Shown here piece by piece: positions 1-10,299 of a stretch of DNA of 64,000 nucleotides. The DNA is from an uncultured Nitrososphaerales archaeon. Its GTDB lineage: Archaea > Thermoproteota > Nitrososphaeria > Nitrososphaerales > Gagatemarchaeaceae. Each line of letters opens with the position of its first letter. Positions within the stretch are counted from its first letter, which is position 1. The notes under the pieces are model-generated. The model was not told the origin of the DNA, made no database searches, and was given only the letters and a program-made list of their open reading frames with translations. The position numbers and the translations under genes are program-made. The DNA is taken from the NCBI GenBank assembly GCA_963706445.1, contig OY970160.1, positions 928,001 through 992,000 of the forward strand. The letters run 5' to 3'.

Positions 1-258
1 CCTCCTCAACCCAAAGTTCTGGCTGCCCACGGCCCGGTCTGCGCAGAGGTCGTGCCTTATGCTTTGGCGGTGTAGTGGAATTCAGTTCCCTGCCTAGGGG
101 AGTCCGCATCCCACAGAGAATCTCTATTTGACATGTCGGCGCTTAAACATACAAAGCAGTCGACTATGATAATTGCAAACTAGGGAAAGGAGGGGCCTGG
201 CCACTCCCATCCCTTCGCGATTTCCATTTTAACGAAGGTCTATATCGCAATAATACCG

Positions 259-1047
259 TTACGATGACTCGGCTCGGGCGATGGTCTTTCGGCCGAAGGT
301 GAGGTAAGCCGTGTGCCCCACCATGATGTTGGAGGGCCGCGTCATCCCGACCCTGGCTTCGAGGTGGCGGAGGAGTATCTCCACCGTCTCCAAGGCGACG
401 AACCCTTCTTCTTTCATCTTGGCCACGAGCCTTTCGGCCTGATTGGTCGTCGGGGTGATGGCAGCCATGGGCGCCGAAGGCTTGAGGCTCGCCTTCATGC
501 TTGGTATGACCTCCCAAGGGTCTCCGACGTCGAGGATCCCCGCGTCCATGTCAGCCTCCGCAAAGCCCAGCTTGGAGTCCCCCTCTTTGAACGTGACATA
601 ATTCGACAGCCCCAGCCTTTCGATGTTCTTCTTCGCGACGGCCTGGAATTCGGGGTTCAGATCGTAGGTGAAGACCATGCCTTCGGGCTGGACAAGATGG
701 GCCAATAGTGCGGTGGTGGCTCCGCTCCCGGTCCCCGTCTCGATTACTCGCGATCCGGAGTGGAAACCGAGCTTCACAACGATCAGGCCCAGGTCCTTGG
801 GGTAGATGACCTGGGTCTTGCGGGCGAACTTCATCACAAGGTCCTCGATGGTGGGCTTCAGGATCGTCAGCTCGTCCCCCAGGGTGGTGGTCGCGGTTAC
901 CCCGTACTCGCCCCCGACTAGTGCAGATACGTCAAGGATTCCTAGGTGGGTGTGCAACTTGGGAGTCTCTCGGGGCCTGACGAGCCAACGTCGCCTCCTG
1001 TCGCGATATACCAGGACGAATGAGTCTGCCTCTATCCTTTCTGCCAA
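259..1047 (-). CDS. trmI: tRNA (adenine-N1)-methyltransferase (GCD14/TrmI family)
   Basis: TQVIYPKD, ETGTGSG SAM motif, LDVGDPW, VGHTAYL; TTG start. Confidence 0.93.
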   Translation of the reverse strand: MAERIEADSFVLVYRDRRRRWLVRPRETPKLHTHLGILDVSALVGGEYGVTATTTLGDELTILKPTIEDLVMKFARKTQVIYPKDLGLIVVKLGFHSGSRVIETGTGSGATTALLAHLVQPEGMVFTYDLNPEFQAVAKKNIERLGLSNYVTFKEGDSKLGFAEADMDAGILDVGDPWEVIPSMKASLKPSAPMAAITPTTNQAERLVAKMKEEGFVALETVEILLRHLEARVGMTRPSNIMVGHTAYLTFGRKTIARAESS

Positions 1048-1050
1048 CGG

Positions 1051-1875
1051 CTAGGCCTCCGTCCAGGTAACATCACCGCCGCTGAGCTTGACCCTGCCAG
1101 CCGGCATGTGGCCCGAGAAGATCAGGGCCGACTCCATCGAAGCACGTTCAAGGAACTCCTTCCGTACCCTCAACAGTTGCGGCGCGTCGGTCCAAACAGC
1201 GGCCATCTCTGGTCTTACGACTTCCTCCCTCATGTGAAACAGGTCTCCGACGATGTACCCCCTGTCGTCCTTGGGGCCGATGGAGACGATCTGATGCCCG
1301 GGACTCTCACCGGGGGCAGGCTCCACGACGACGTCCCTCGCGACATCGACTCTGCCATCCACAAGTTCCATCAGACCTGCCTTGTAAACGAGACCGAGTG
1401 TCTCCGCGAAGTCTTTGTCCCCTTTCGCCCTCGCCTCCGCGATGTCAGCCATTTCCCAATCCTTTGCTGGGATTAGGTGTCTAGCGTTCGGGAAGGTGGG
1501 GACCATTTTGCCTCCGTCGGAAAGGGTCACCCCGATGAAGTGGTCGTAGTGGAGGTGGGTCACCACCACATGCGTCACCTCTTCGCGCTTGATCCCAGCC
1601 TCCGCCAGCTGTGTGGGCAGGGGCACCGGATTCGGCATGGCACCCTTCTCTTCCCCGGAGGAGGCTGTCAGCCTCGCATGGTCCCCGGGGTCTACTAGGA
1701 TCTTTGCCTTCCCCGAAGTCACGAAGAACGAATTGCTTGCGTAATAGACTGGCGCCGCAAGCGCGTCCTGCTTGAAATAGTCAGAGGTCTTGTCTCCGAA
1801 GATCTCAATCAGCTTGATGGGGAAGTCCCCGTTGTTGAAGACTGAGACTTCGGCGCTTCCGAACCTGAGGGTCAG
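1051..1875 (-). CDS. MBL-fold metallo-hydrolase
   Basis: THLHYDH and GESPGH motifs. Frame stays open upstream of the track's GTG (1722) to a CTG at 1875 directly after the endA stop, giving the N-terminus LTLRFGSAEVSVFNNG. Confidence 0.85.
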   Translation of the reverse strand: MTLRFGSAEVSVFNNGDFPIKLIEIFGDKTSDYFKQDALAAPVYYASNSFFVTSGKAKILVDPGDHARLTASSGEEKGAMPNPVPLPTQLAEAGIKREEVTHVVVTHLHYDHFIGVTLSDGGKMVPTFPNARHLIPAKDWEMADIAEARAKGDKDFAETLGLVYKAGLMELVDGRVDVARDVVVEPAPGESPGHQIVSIGPKDDRGYIVGDLFHMREEVVRPEMAAVWTDAPQLLRVRKEFLERASMESALIFSGHMPAGRVKLSGGDVTWTEA

Positions 1876-2433
1876 CTAGGCCCGCCACCAGTCGTACCTG
1901 AGGAAGTCTATGGACCTGTTCTCTTTGTCTGATATCGCAATAATGAACTGCTTCCTCACGGTGGTGGCCAGGCGCCCCGACCTTACCATTGAAGTGGCGG
2001 TCATCTTGGACTCCGGGGAGACCACCTGGACGATGTAGGGGGCGTGGTCGATCCCCGGCCCATGCTCGTATACCGCGAAGTCCGAGCCGAACTTTATCCC
2101 AGGCGTGACCACAAAGCCGTCCTCCCTGAGCTTCCTATAGACGAGGAACTTCTCCTCGAAGTCGTTGTAGGAAGACTTGCATATCTCGTGTAACTGCTTC
2201 AGGGAAAGTTCCCTGCCATCCTGGTCCTCAACGTCCACCACCTTCTTGGTGACCAGGTAGTACCCCTCCATCAGGTCAAGGATCAGGGGGGCGTCGAACT
2301 CGAAATCTCTCGGCTTCGGGATGCCGAGGGGCTTGCCGTAGTACCCCTCCTTGAAAAGCCGCCGGGAGGCTTCCTTGTCCCAGACAACTATTCGGTTCTC
2401 GAAGAGCTTTCCCTTGGCCTTGTGCTTCGGCAT
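1876..2433 (-). CDS. endA: tRNA-intron endonuclease, catalytic subunit
   Basis: PGIKFGSDFAVY..GPGIDHAPY..RLATTVRK with the Tyr/His/Lys triad. Confidence 0.93.
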   Translation of the reverse strand: MPKHKAKGKLFENRIVVWDKEASRRLFKEGYYGKPLGIPKPRDFEFDAPLILDLMEGYYLVTKKVVDVEDQDGRELSLKQLHEICKSSYNDFEEKFLVYRKLREDGFVVTPGIKFGSDFAVYEHGPGIDHAPYIVQVVSPESKMTATSMVRSGRLATTVRKQFIIAISDKENRSIDFLRYDWWRA

Positions 2434-2435
2434 GA

Positions 2436-3107
2436 CTACATGCCCAGGGCGAGGATGGTACCTGCATCGGACGCGTCGAGCATCGCATCTGCGCAGTCTT
2501 CGATGGACTCGACTACTTCCTTAACGGTGATGAGCTCCTTCACGTTGGTCGCCGTCTTCATCACCATGGCCACGGCCTCGCGATAATTATTGTCAATGGA
2601 ACTTTCGATACGCTGAACCTGGGCCGCCATCTGGATCGACTGGTCGGGGTTGATGGAAAGGGCGCGGATGCTTTCGTTCAGCTTCGAGATCCCGTCAATG
2701 AGCAGACCCAGTAGCGATGTGATGGCGTCCTTGTACTTCCTATTCCTGACTGAAGACTTTGTCAGCTGAGACATCTTGAAGGCGACCCCGTTGATGTGCC
2801 CGAAGATGTCCTCGACGGCGAACGCCGCCCTTAGAAGGTCTTCCCTGTTGACCAGTAGCGTCCCGACCTGACCTAATTCGCGTATGAGCGCGGTCCTTAG
2901 GGTCATGACGTCCTCCTCGGCACGCTTGACCCTCTCGAGGGCAGCCCCCACCTCGTTCTTATCTCCCTTGTTGAGCCCATTGAACTCGTCGAGCAGGACC
3001 CTCGTAGCATCTAGGACCCTCCGCATTTCGTCCTGGAGGACTACAATCGTACGCCTTCTTGCCTGCGTTTCCCCTTCTTGTCCCGACACTCTGAGCGCTC
3101 GCTCCAA
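2436..3107 (-). CDS. DUF47 / PhoU-like helical protein
   Basis: All-helical; NREDLLR and ESIEDCAD patterns. Confidence 0.75.
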   Translation of the reverse strand: MERALRVSGQEGETQARRRTIVVLQDEMRRVLDATRVLLDEFNGLNKGDKNEVGAALERVKRAEEDVMTLRTALIRELGQVGTLLVNREDLLRAAFAVEDIFGHINGVAFKMSQLTKSSVRNRKYKDAITSLLGLLIDGISKLNESIRALSINPDQSIQMAAQVQRIESSIDNNYREAVAMVMKTATNVKELITVKEVVESIEDCADAMLDASDAGTILALGM

Positions 3108-3189
3108 CCCATGAAATGGATTGGATTTAAAACAGTGGGACTAATCGGCGAAGTTCATGGAAGAAGTGGGGGCTTTCGACCCCGTTCTT

Positions 3190-4095
3190 CTATTTCTTCT
3201 CGCTTTCCTTGGCGTAGTCTCTCAGTGGGGCGAGGAGGTTGGTGAACTCCATCGGGAAGATGTACTTCGTCGATGGGGAAGCGCCCAGCGCCTTCAGGGT
3301 GTCCAGATACTGGAGCGTCATGGTCTTGGAGTCGATCCCCTTGGCCGCGGAGAATATCTGGTTGAGCGCGCCCGCATATCCTTCAGCCCTGAGCACCGCT
3401 GCCTGCTTGTCTCCTTCGGCTCTCAGGATGTTGGACTTCTTCTCTCCTTCAGCCACGAGAATCGAGGCCTCTCTCTTGCCGTCCGCCTCGGTGACCGTCG
3501 CCCTTCTGGTCCTCTCCGCCGACATCTGGCGGACCATCGCCTCCTGAACGTCCTGAGGCGGCCTGATCTCCCTGATCTCGACGTTCGTCACCTTGATGCC
3601 CCACCGCTCCGTAACTTCGTCGAGCTTCGTCCTGAGCACCTGGTTGATCTGTTCCCTCTTCGCGAGAAGTTCGTCGAGGGGGATGTCACCCACGACTGCC
3701 CTGAGGGTCGTTGTGGCGATTCCTATGGACGCACCCTCGAAGTTCTGTACCTGGACGATGCTCTGCGTCGCTTCGGTCACCTTGTAATAGATCAAGAAGT
3801 CGATGTCGGTCGGAGCGTTGTCCTTTGTGATGCAGGTCTGGTGAGGGACCTCAAGGTACCGCTCTCTGAGGTCGACCTTGTTGATACGGTTGACGAGGGG
3901 TATGATGAATACGACGCCTGGACCGGCGGCTCCCTTCAGGCGTCCGAGTCTGAATACCACGAGCCTTTCGTATTCCCTGATTATCTTGATCGTCGCCGCG
4001 ATGAAGCCGATGACGATGATCGCCACAATCCCGTATATGGCATAGCTGATTAGATCTGCCGTGGTTTGGAGGGCGATCGGACCTAGGAGGCTCAT
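3190..4095 (-). CDS. SPFH/stomatin (band 7) membrane protein
   Basis: N-terminal TM, EYERLVVFRLG, ITKDN, WGIKV; paired with NfeD. Confidence 0.93.
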   Translation of the reverse strand: MSLLGPIALQTTADLISYAIYGIVAIIVIGFIAATIKIIREYERLVVFRLGRLKGAAGPGVVFIIPLVNRINKVDLRERYLEVPHQTCITKDNAPTDIDFLIYYKVTEATQSIVQVQNFEGASIGIATTTLRAVVGDIPLDELLAKREQINQVLRTKLDEVTERWGIKVTNVEIREIRPPQDVQEAMVRQMSAERTRRATVTEADGKREASILVAEGEKKSNILRAEGDKQAAVLRAEGYAGALNQIFSAAKGIDSKTMTLQYLDTLKALGASPSTKYIFPMEFTNLLAPLRDYAKESEKK

Positions 4096-5438
4096 TTCTC
4101 TAGCTTCTCTACCGCGAGTGTCTGCCCGTGTACTTCTTTAACTATTACCGGGTCCCCGCGCTGAAGATTTTGGGAAGAAGTCACGGTCCATTCCTCCGAG
4201 GATATCATGGCTACGCCTTTGCCCCCTGGGGTAAGGTCGGATTCCATGCGGCCTTCTCGGCCGATTAGCACCGCAGGGTCGTTGACCTTCGGTATCTTCT
4301 TCAGGGCCTCGCGGATGGACCTGAGGTACACGCTGCCTATGATAATGGTGGCGCCTAGCGCGACGAGGAGGGCGTAGGTGATGTCGGGGATGCCCGAGAA
4401 GCTCGCGGGCTGCTGCGGGATGGGGTTGGTCGGGGAGGGAGCAGATGAGGTGGCTGGCGGGAACTGGAAGATTAGCAGGAACCCCACCACAAAGATGACC
4501 ACGCCGACTGTGGCGCTTATGCCGTGGGCTGTTTTCACCTCCAGGAAGATGAAAGCGACTCCTATGATCATGAGTATCACCGCGAGAGGAGAAGCGCCGA
4601 AGGCCCCGAGGCCGAAGAGAGCCGCCGCGATTACGGCCACCCCTACCACCGACAGGATGATTGTGGGGTGGAATATGTCAGCAAAGACGAAGAAAATCCC
4701 CAAAAGGAACAGGAGGCTGGAGACGTTGGGGTTGCTCAGGATCGAGATAAGTGAAGACCCAATGCCCGGGGCGTTGATCGGAGTGTTCGCCGGGACCCCC
4801 AGATAGATCAACGCGCCCTGAACGGATGACGAATTGATGATTCCGTTGATGACGTGATACTTCAACGCAACGTCAGAAGTATAGGATACTCCGCCGGTCA
4901 CCATGAGTCCGGTGGCAGTGAAGTTCCTACCGTTCGACTGGGTCAAGGACATCATGTACTGCGAGAAGGCGTTGATGTCCTTCGTCATCGTGGAATTCTC
5001 CTCTCCGGTGGGGATGCCTGACACTATGGGGGTGGCGGACCCTATGGTCGTGCCGGGCTCCATGTAGATCTGGTTGGACGACTCGGCGATGTATGACCCT
5101 GCGGAGAATGCGTAGGACCCCGTCGGCGCCACGACCGTCGAGAAGTTCCCTCCCCACTGCTGGTAGCTCGTGATGGAGGAGATCATCGACTCCATGCTCG
5201 CGCCATCTCCGCCGTTTGTTACGAGGATGAATACGATGTTGGTGGCACAGACTGACTCTGCGTTGCTGACTGTGGTAGCCATGAAGTCGGCGGTGCCCGG
5301 GTCGATGTCGGCGTTCAGCGAAGCCACATAGAAGCCCCCTTTCGTCGCACAGCTTGTAGACTGGGCATGGGCGGGGGCGAGCTGGGCAGCGAAGACGAGC
5401 AGCAGGGCAACTGCGAGGACCAGCCTGAGACTCTTCAA
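4092..5438 (-). CDS. nfeD: NfeD-family membrane-bound ClpP-class serine protease
   Basis: Signal peptide, AFSAGSYI/TIGSATP, TM bundle, C-terminal OB-like domain; upstream of stomatin. Confidence 0.88.
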   Translation of the reverse strand: MKSLRLVLAVALLLVFAAQLAPAHAQSTSCATKGGFYVASLNADIDPGTADFMATTVSNAESVCATNIVFILVTNGGDGASMESMISSITSYQQWGGNFSTVVAPTGSYAFSAGSYIAESSNQIYMEPGTTIGSATPIVSGIPTGEENSTMTKDINAFSQYMMSLTQSNGRNFTATGLMVTGGVSYTSDVALKYHVINGIINSSSVQGALIYLGVPANTPINAPGIGSSLISILSNPNVSSLLFLLGIFFVFADIFHPTIILSVVGVAVIAAALFGLGAFGASPLAVILMIIGVAFIFLEVKTAHGISATVGVVIFVVGFLLIFQFPPATSSAPSPTNPIPQQPASFSGIPDITYALLVALGATIIIGSVYLRSIREALKKIPKVNDPAVLIGREGRMESDLTPGGKGVAMISSEEWTVTSSQNLQRGDPVIVKEVHGQTLAVEKLEK

Positions 5439-5584
5439 GAGGTTGCTGAGAACCTACCACCGTATCATAAATACTATCTCCCTGACCAATGGAACCGTAA
5501 TCTCAAACCGTCGCCAGTTCGTTTTTCATGACTGCCTAATACCCTTACATACTTACCGAGAGCGCCCCAATCCAAGCAGGCAAG

Positions 5585-6229
5585 ATGAAGCCCAAGGTCC
5601 TTGTGATGAACCATCCGATGGTGATGGAACAGCTCGCTCTGGTCAGAGACAAGCGCACCAACCAGGTGGCTTTCAGGAAGGCGATCTACAGGCTCGGGAG
5701 GTTCATGGCATACGAATTCCTTAGGACCATGGACACCCAGATGTTCGAGGTTGAGACCCCGCTAGGCCCCTCCAAGGGGTGGCGCATAAAGGGGAACGAC
5801 AAGATAGTGATAATCCTCGTCCTAAGGGCTGCGATACCATTTGTCGAGGGGATGTACAAGAACTTCCCCATGGCCAGGACAGGGGTCATCAGCGCCTGGC
5901 GGGGGAAGGCGCCAGACTTCCCAATAGAGGTAAACTACACGAAGATACCCAAGATTGGCAGCGACGACGTGGTCGTAATAGCTGATCCCATGCTTGCGAC
6001 GGGTCACACGCTCCGCGAGGTCGCCAAGAAGGTGGTCAAGGAAGGCAGGCCCAAACGCCTAGCCTTTTTCTCGGTCATCTCGACGAAGCAGGGGATTGAG
6101 TACGTGGCTAAGAGCTTCCCCCGTGCCGAATTCTATACCTGCGCCATAGACCCGATTCTCAATGACCATGGGTACATCGTGCCTGGGCTCGGAGACGCGG
6201 GAGACAGGTCTTTCGGCGCCCCTAACTGA
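5585..6229 (+). CDS. upp: Uracil phosphoribosyltransferase
   Basis: VLRAA, DPMLATG, YIVPGLGDAGDR. Confidence 0.96.
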   Translation: MKPKVLVMNHPMVMEQLALVRDKRTNQVAFRKAIYRLGRFMAYEFLRTMDTQMFEVETPLGPSKGWRIKGNDKIVIILVLRAAIPFVEGMYKNFPMARTGVISAWRGKAPDFPIEVNYTKIPKIGSDDVVVIADPMLATGHTLREVAKKVVKEGRPKRLAFFSVISTKQGIEYVAKSFPRAEFYTCAIDPILNDHGYIVPGLGDAGDRSFGAPN

Positions 6230-6326
6230 GAGAGCCCCGACATCTTCGTCTTTCGGCGCAGTCCGCTTCGAGAGGATAAACCCTGTCTATTGTGGTTACA
6301 CGGACAGTAAGGAAGTTTTGAAGCGG

Positions 6327-7286
6327 TTAGGCGACGGTCATCGACACGAGCTGGAAGGTGTCTTCGAAACTGCCCGAGCTGTCTGTGCCCGCGATGTGCA
6401 GATACGTAATGAATTGGAGGGTGGTGCCCGGAGGAGTCCCGACTCCAAGTGTGTACGCATTGAGGGTGGTACTCACGCCACATTCGTTGATTGTCTCAGG
6501 AATGGTGTTCGCTTCGTATGTCGTGACTGAGAAGGTGGTCGTCCCAAACGTCGCGGGGGCAGTCCCCGTAGCGTGGAAGAAGCTTGAGCTTGTGTACAGA
6601 TTGAGTGCGCCCCCGTACGTGTATTCTAGTCCGAACAACGCGAAGATGTCGTCGAATTCAGTTTTTGCCTGGCTTCCGGTGATTGTGTATCCAGTGATGG
6701 TGGCGGACAGGACAGTGTCGTTGTTGGTGTCAACCTGGAAGGAAAAGCTGACGCTCTGACTTGCCGACCCACTGGTGATGCTGACATTGTATATTCCGCC
6801 GGCCGTGCTTGTAACCATATAACTAAACGACTCGCTGGAAGCGGTTCCGTTATATGATCCAGTGATATTGAAATTCATCGCACTGAACTGCTGGATTGTC
6901 GCGATGTACTGAGGAGTGTAATCTACAGCGACCCCGGTGGTCGTTGTGGAGGTCGAGGAGCACGAAAAGGTCGTCTGTGTTGTTCCAGTGCTTGATTGAC
7001 TGCTCGTTGTAGTACCGGTCGGAGAACTCGTGGTCGTTGGAATCGAGCTGGTTGTCTGTTCAGTTGTGGGCGTGGTAGTCGGCGTGGTGGTCGAACTGGA
7101 TAGTGTTGAAGTTTGCGAAGATGTAGGGGACGACTGCTGCGTTGAAGTCGAAGTCTGGCTCGAGGCTGACGAGCCTGAGGAGCCGCTGGTAGCGACGTAA
7201 TAGACCCCGACGCCGGCCACTACGATTATGATAACAATTACGGCGAGAATGACAGGAGCTACTGCGGTCCTGCTCTGAAGCTTCAT
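6327..7286 (-). CDS. Secreted/cell-surface protein with Ser/Thr-rich linker
   Basis: RTA-VAPVILAV class III-like signal and TM, long S/T/Q low-complexity stalk, beta-rich C-terminal domain. Confidence 0.75.
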   Translation of the reverse strand: MKLQSRTAVAPVILAVIVIIIVVAGVGVYYVATSGSSGSSASSQTSTSTQQSSPTSSQTSTLSSSTTTPTTTPTTEQTTSSIPTTTSSPTGTTTSSQSSTGTTQTTFSCSSTSTTTTGVAVDYTPQYIATIQQFSAMNFNITGSYNGTASSESFSYMVTSTAGGIYNVSITSGSASQSVSFSFQVDTNNDTVLSATITGYTITGSQAKTEFDDIFALFGLEYTYGGALNLYTSSSFFHATGTAPATFGTTTFSVTTYEANTIPETINECGVSTTLNAYTLGVGTPPGTTLQFITYLHIAGTDSSGSFEDTFQLVSMTVA

Positions 7287-7367
7287 AAGAAACCCAACCT
7301 GTTAGGCTACTTAAGCGTTGAAGGAGACAGGCCCGTTGCCCTTACCGTCTGGGTGATCATGTGGCCG

Positions 7368-9131
7368 TCAGCTGGTGGCTTCGACCTTCTTCAGCTGCCT
7401 GTTGTACATGCTCACAATCTCCTCGACAGCGGTTGAGTCCTCGGGCCCTTTGTCGTCCCTTATCTTGCCCGTGAACTTTGGGAACCTAAGCGAGATCCCT
7501 GCGCCAGGTCTGATTATCCCCATGGCTGCGGTGTGGATGGGGGAAAGGGTAAGCTCCGCCGCTATGGTCTCGATCACCATGTGCGGCCTAAACCAGACGT
7601 CGGGGACCATGTTCGACTCGACCCCTGGCGGCTTGACGTGGCTCTCGAAGGGTTTCAGGAGCCTAGGGATCTTCTGGAGGTCCTCGTCTGAGAAGCCCGT
7701 CCCTATCTTTGCGATGCTCGTGAAGACGTTCCTCTTGTTGTCGTAGGTCGCAAGGAGATACGTCCCATAGGTCCCGGCCCTGCGGCCCTTGCCGTGGAAG
7801 GCACCGATGATGACGAAGTCTATGGTGTCGGTCAGCTCGCTCCTGTATTCGCGCTTGAGCTTGATCCAAGCGAACTCCCTCGCGCCTGCGCGGTATGTCG
7901 AGGCCGGGTCCTTGACGACGAGCCCTTCGCACCCGTTCCCTATCGCCTCTTCCATGAACTTCTCGATCTCGCCGGGGTCAGAGGTGGAGAGCGCAGGGAC
8001 GAGCTTGGTCCTCTCCGTCGCCTCGACCGTATCAATGAGTTTTTTCCGCCTAGCGGTGTACGGCTTCTCCGTCAGGTCTGTGGTCCCCGTCCGAAGGATT
8101 TCGAAGAAGTTCAGTGCCACGGGATAGTCGACCATGGCCTGCTCGACACCGTGCTTCCTCCTCCGATGCATCAGCTCCTGGAAGGGGAGATACTCCCCGG
8201 TGTCCTCGTTGATGGCGACAACCTCAGCTTCCAGGATGGCCACCTTTGTCTTGACATTTTTCCTGACCAGGTCAAGCACATCCGGATAGTGGCCGGTGAT
8301 GACCTCGAGCCTCCTCGAAAACAGCTTGACGTCGTTTCCGTTCTTATGGATCTGCAGGCGCTCCCCGTCGAGCTTGTACTCCGCCGTGACTACCTTGTCC
8401 CCCATCTTCTTCACGATGGCCTCTGCCGAGTTCAACCGCTCAGCGAGCATAGGGCGGATCGGCACGCCCACTTCCGCCCCGACCTTCTCAATCCCCTTCA
8501 TACCCTTTGCCGCAACACTGCTTACGATGAAGCCAAGGTCTGGGTGGACGTTGTACGCCCTTTCTATTGTGGACCTGGCCTCCTTCCCGCCGAGGAACGC
8601 CGTCGCCGCGGCATCGAGGACGGTATAATCGGCCACACCAAGGCGCAGCTCTCCTGTCACGCTCCGCATGATGAACTTGGCCTCCAGAGGGGTCGCGTCG
8701 TTGAGTAGCGACGCCAGCTCCTTCAGCTTCAATTCGATGGACCCCGACCCGCTCTGCCGTGCGATCTTGAGGAGCGTGTCGTACACCCTCTTGACCGTGA
8801 GACCCTCGCTGAACAAGGCCCCCTGGCTTTTCGTCTTCAGCAGCTCTTCAGCCACTGTCCCGATGTCGCCCAACTTGACGTAGGTCGAGTAGACCTTGTC
8901 CGCGTTGGCGCCCGTCGCCGTCGAGACGGCTCGCAGGGCGAGCTTCTCGGCGAGGCCCAACTCCACCCCTTCATAGTCGGGCCTGAGCTTGCCCTGGGTC
9001 ATGTAGACGAGGAGAGGAAGGTCAGCCTTCGGAGTGTCCCTAAGGAGTTCCGCCAGGACCTTCGTAATTTCGTTGCGCCCTGAGATGCGCTCGAGTTGGG
9101 CATATTTCTCGGCGACCACCGAATAATCCAA
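7368..9131 (-). CDS. lig: ATP-dependent DNA ligase
   Basis: EYKLDGER, EGLVVK, WIKLK, SLRFP; likely TTG start at 9131. Confidence 0.96.
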   Translation of the reverse strand: MDYSVVAEKYAQLERISGRNEITKVLAELLRDTPKADLPLLVYMTQGKLRPDYEGVELGLAEKLALRAVSTATGANADKVYSTYVKLGDIGTVAEELLKTKSQGALFSEGLTVKRVYDTLLKIARQSGSGSIELKLKELASLLNDATPLEAKFIMRSVTGELRLGVADYTVLDAAATAFLGGKEARSTIERAYNVHPDLGFIVSSVAAKGMKGIEKVGAEVGVPIRPMLAERLNSAEAIVKKMGDKVVTAEYKLDGERLQIHKNGNDVKLFSRRLEVITGHYPDVLDLVRKNVKTKVAILEAEVVAINEDTGEYLPFQELMHRRRKHGVEQAMVDYPVALNFFEILRTGTTDLTEKPYTARRKKLIDTVEATERTKLVPALSTSDPGEIEKFMEEAIGNGCEGLVVKDPASTYRAGAREFAWIKLKREYRSELTDTIDFVIIGAFHGKGRRAGTYGTYLLATYDNKRNVFTSIAKIGTGFSDEDLQKIPRLLKPFESHVKPPGVESNMVPDVWFRPHMVIETIAAELTLSPIHTAAMGIIRPGAGISLRFPKFTGKIRDDKGPEDSTAVEEIVSMYNRQLKKVEATS

Positions 9132-9230
9132 CGGCCGAAGGTCGAGCCTCCAGTTAATCTCCTTTTGCGGGAGTGGGTCCCTACGCCCCAAGATTTTTTA
9201 GCTTAGGGCGCCCCACGCAGGCCAGAGTTC

Positions 9231-9923
9231 TTGTCCGAACGGCATCCAAGTTATTCCGTTTGCATGACCACGAAGAATGACCGGTCTACGGTGAGGGCCG
9301 CCCTAGATGCGCTCCTGGCCAATACTAGCAGGAGCGACACCGAAATCGTTATCGTCGACGCTGAGAGCACGGACGGACAGCTTCCAATCCTAAAGGAGTA
9401 CGCGGACAATGGTCTCGTGAAGCTGATTGTCAAGCAGTGCAACAGGGGGGAAGGGAGGCAAATCGCTTTTCTCGAGTCATCGGGGGACTACGTCATCTCC
9501 GGGGTCGACACGGACGACGTCATAGGTCCGGAGCTTGGGAAGCTCCTTGAACTATACCATAGGGAATATGAAGGCTCGGTCCTCAAAGCCGCTGGAGTCA
9601 CAATCGCTCCAAGGAAGGCGGTCGATTCTCTTGGAGGTTGGAGACCCCTTTGGGGTGGAGAGGACTTCGACTTCTGGAAGAGGGCAGAAGCAGCGGGGCT
9701 ACTTCGCGAGTCGTCCATTAACCCGTATTCGTCCAGAGTGAGGCGCCGCCACAGCGTCACGCATACTCTGCGGCTGCTTTGGAGATACGCCGACCAGGGG
9801 AGGGCCCCCAAACTCTCCTGGAAGTGGGAGCCGGCCTGGGCCCTTATCCGAGCCGCGCACTTCGTCGCCGCTCTTGGGAGGCAGAAACGGAGCACAACCA
9901 GAGAATCCCCGAGAAACCCTTAA
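9231..9923 (+). CDS. Glycosyltransferase family 2
   Basis: IVIVDAESTDG, DTDD, GEDFD motifs. Confidence 0.85.
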   Translation: MSERHPSYSVCMTTKNDRSTVRAALDALLANTSRSDTEIVIVDAESTDGQLPILKEYADNGLVKLIVKQCNRGEGRQIAFLESSGDYVISGVDTDDVIGPELGKLLELYHREYEGSVLKAAGVTIAPRKAVDSLGGWRPLWGGEDFDFWKRAEAAGLLRESSINPYSSRVRRRHSVTHTLRLLWRYADQGRAPKLSWKWEPAWALIRAAHFVAALGRQKRSTTRESPRNP

Positions 9924-9955
9924 TTGCGCCGCCCGATGGGACAAGTTGGAAACGC

Positions 9956-10297
9956 ATGGGCGGAGTCAAGAAGAAATCGATGGCGTCGATGGAGAAGTCA
10001 CAGGATTCTCAGGATACAGCTCAGGAGCAGGCGGGACCTACAAAGGGCAAGAAGACGAAAGAGAAGGCGGCTCCTCAGCAGAAGAGGCAGCTGGCCTTTC
10101 TACTACCGAAGCTGAGCGACGCCGACCTCCTGAAGAGCCTCGCCCCATTGAAGGCGATAACAGTCACCGCCGCTTCCAGGGCTCTCGGCGTGAATGCTTC
10201 CATCGCTTCGGGGGTTTTGAATGACCTCGAAGGAAAATCCATGCTGGTTCGCGCTGGGGGCTTCAGCGGCCACGGCGTCTGGACAGTAAGGTCGTAG
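9956..10297 (+). CDS. rps25e: 30S ribosomal protein S25e
   Basis: MGGVKKKS N-terminus and wHTH AITVTAASRALGVNASIA; ATG at 9956. Confidence 0.85.
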   Translation: MGGVKKKSMASMEKSQDSQDTAQEQAGPTKGKKTKEKAAPQQKRQLAFLLPKLSDADLLKSLAPLKAITVTAASRALGVNASIASGVLNDLEGKSMLVRAGGFSGHGVWTVRS

Positions 10298-10299
10298 TC

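Noticed and set aside
1-258. Possible gene start or ncRNA at the left edge (minus-strand ATG near 109 open to the edge; TTTAAG box near 145)
   Set aside because: Too short, with no recognisable protein or RNA motif; cannot be supported from this window.
3157-4053. Long antisense or alternative-frame ORFs in the track (e.g. 3157-4053, 7794-8708, 17836-18852, 56778-57740, 62700-63449)
   Set aside because: They are shadows of well-supported genes in GC-rich DNA, with no recognisable motifs.
6930-7190. Repetitive-looking DNA as tandem repeat or CRISPR array
   Set aside because: It encodes the Ser/Thr-rich linker; there are no fixed-length repeats with spacers.
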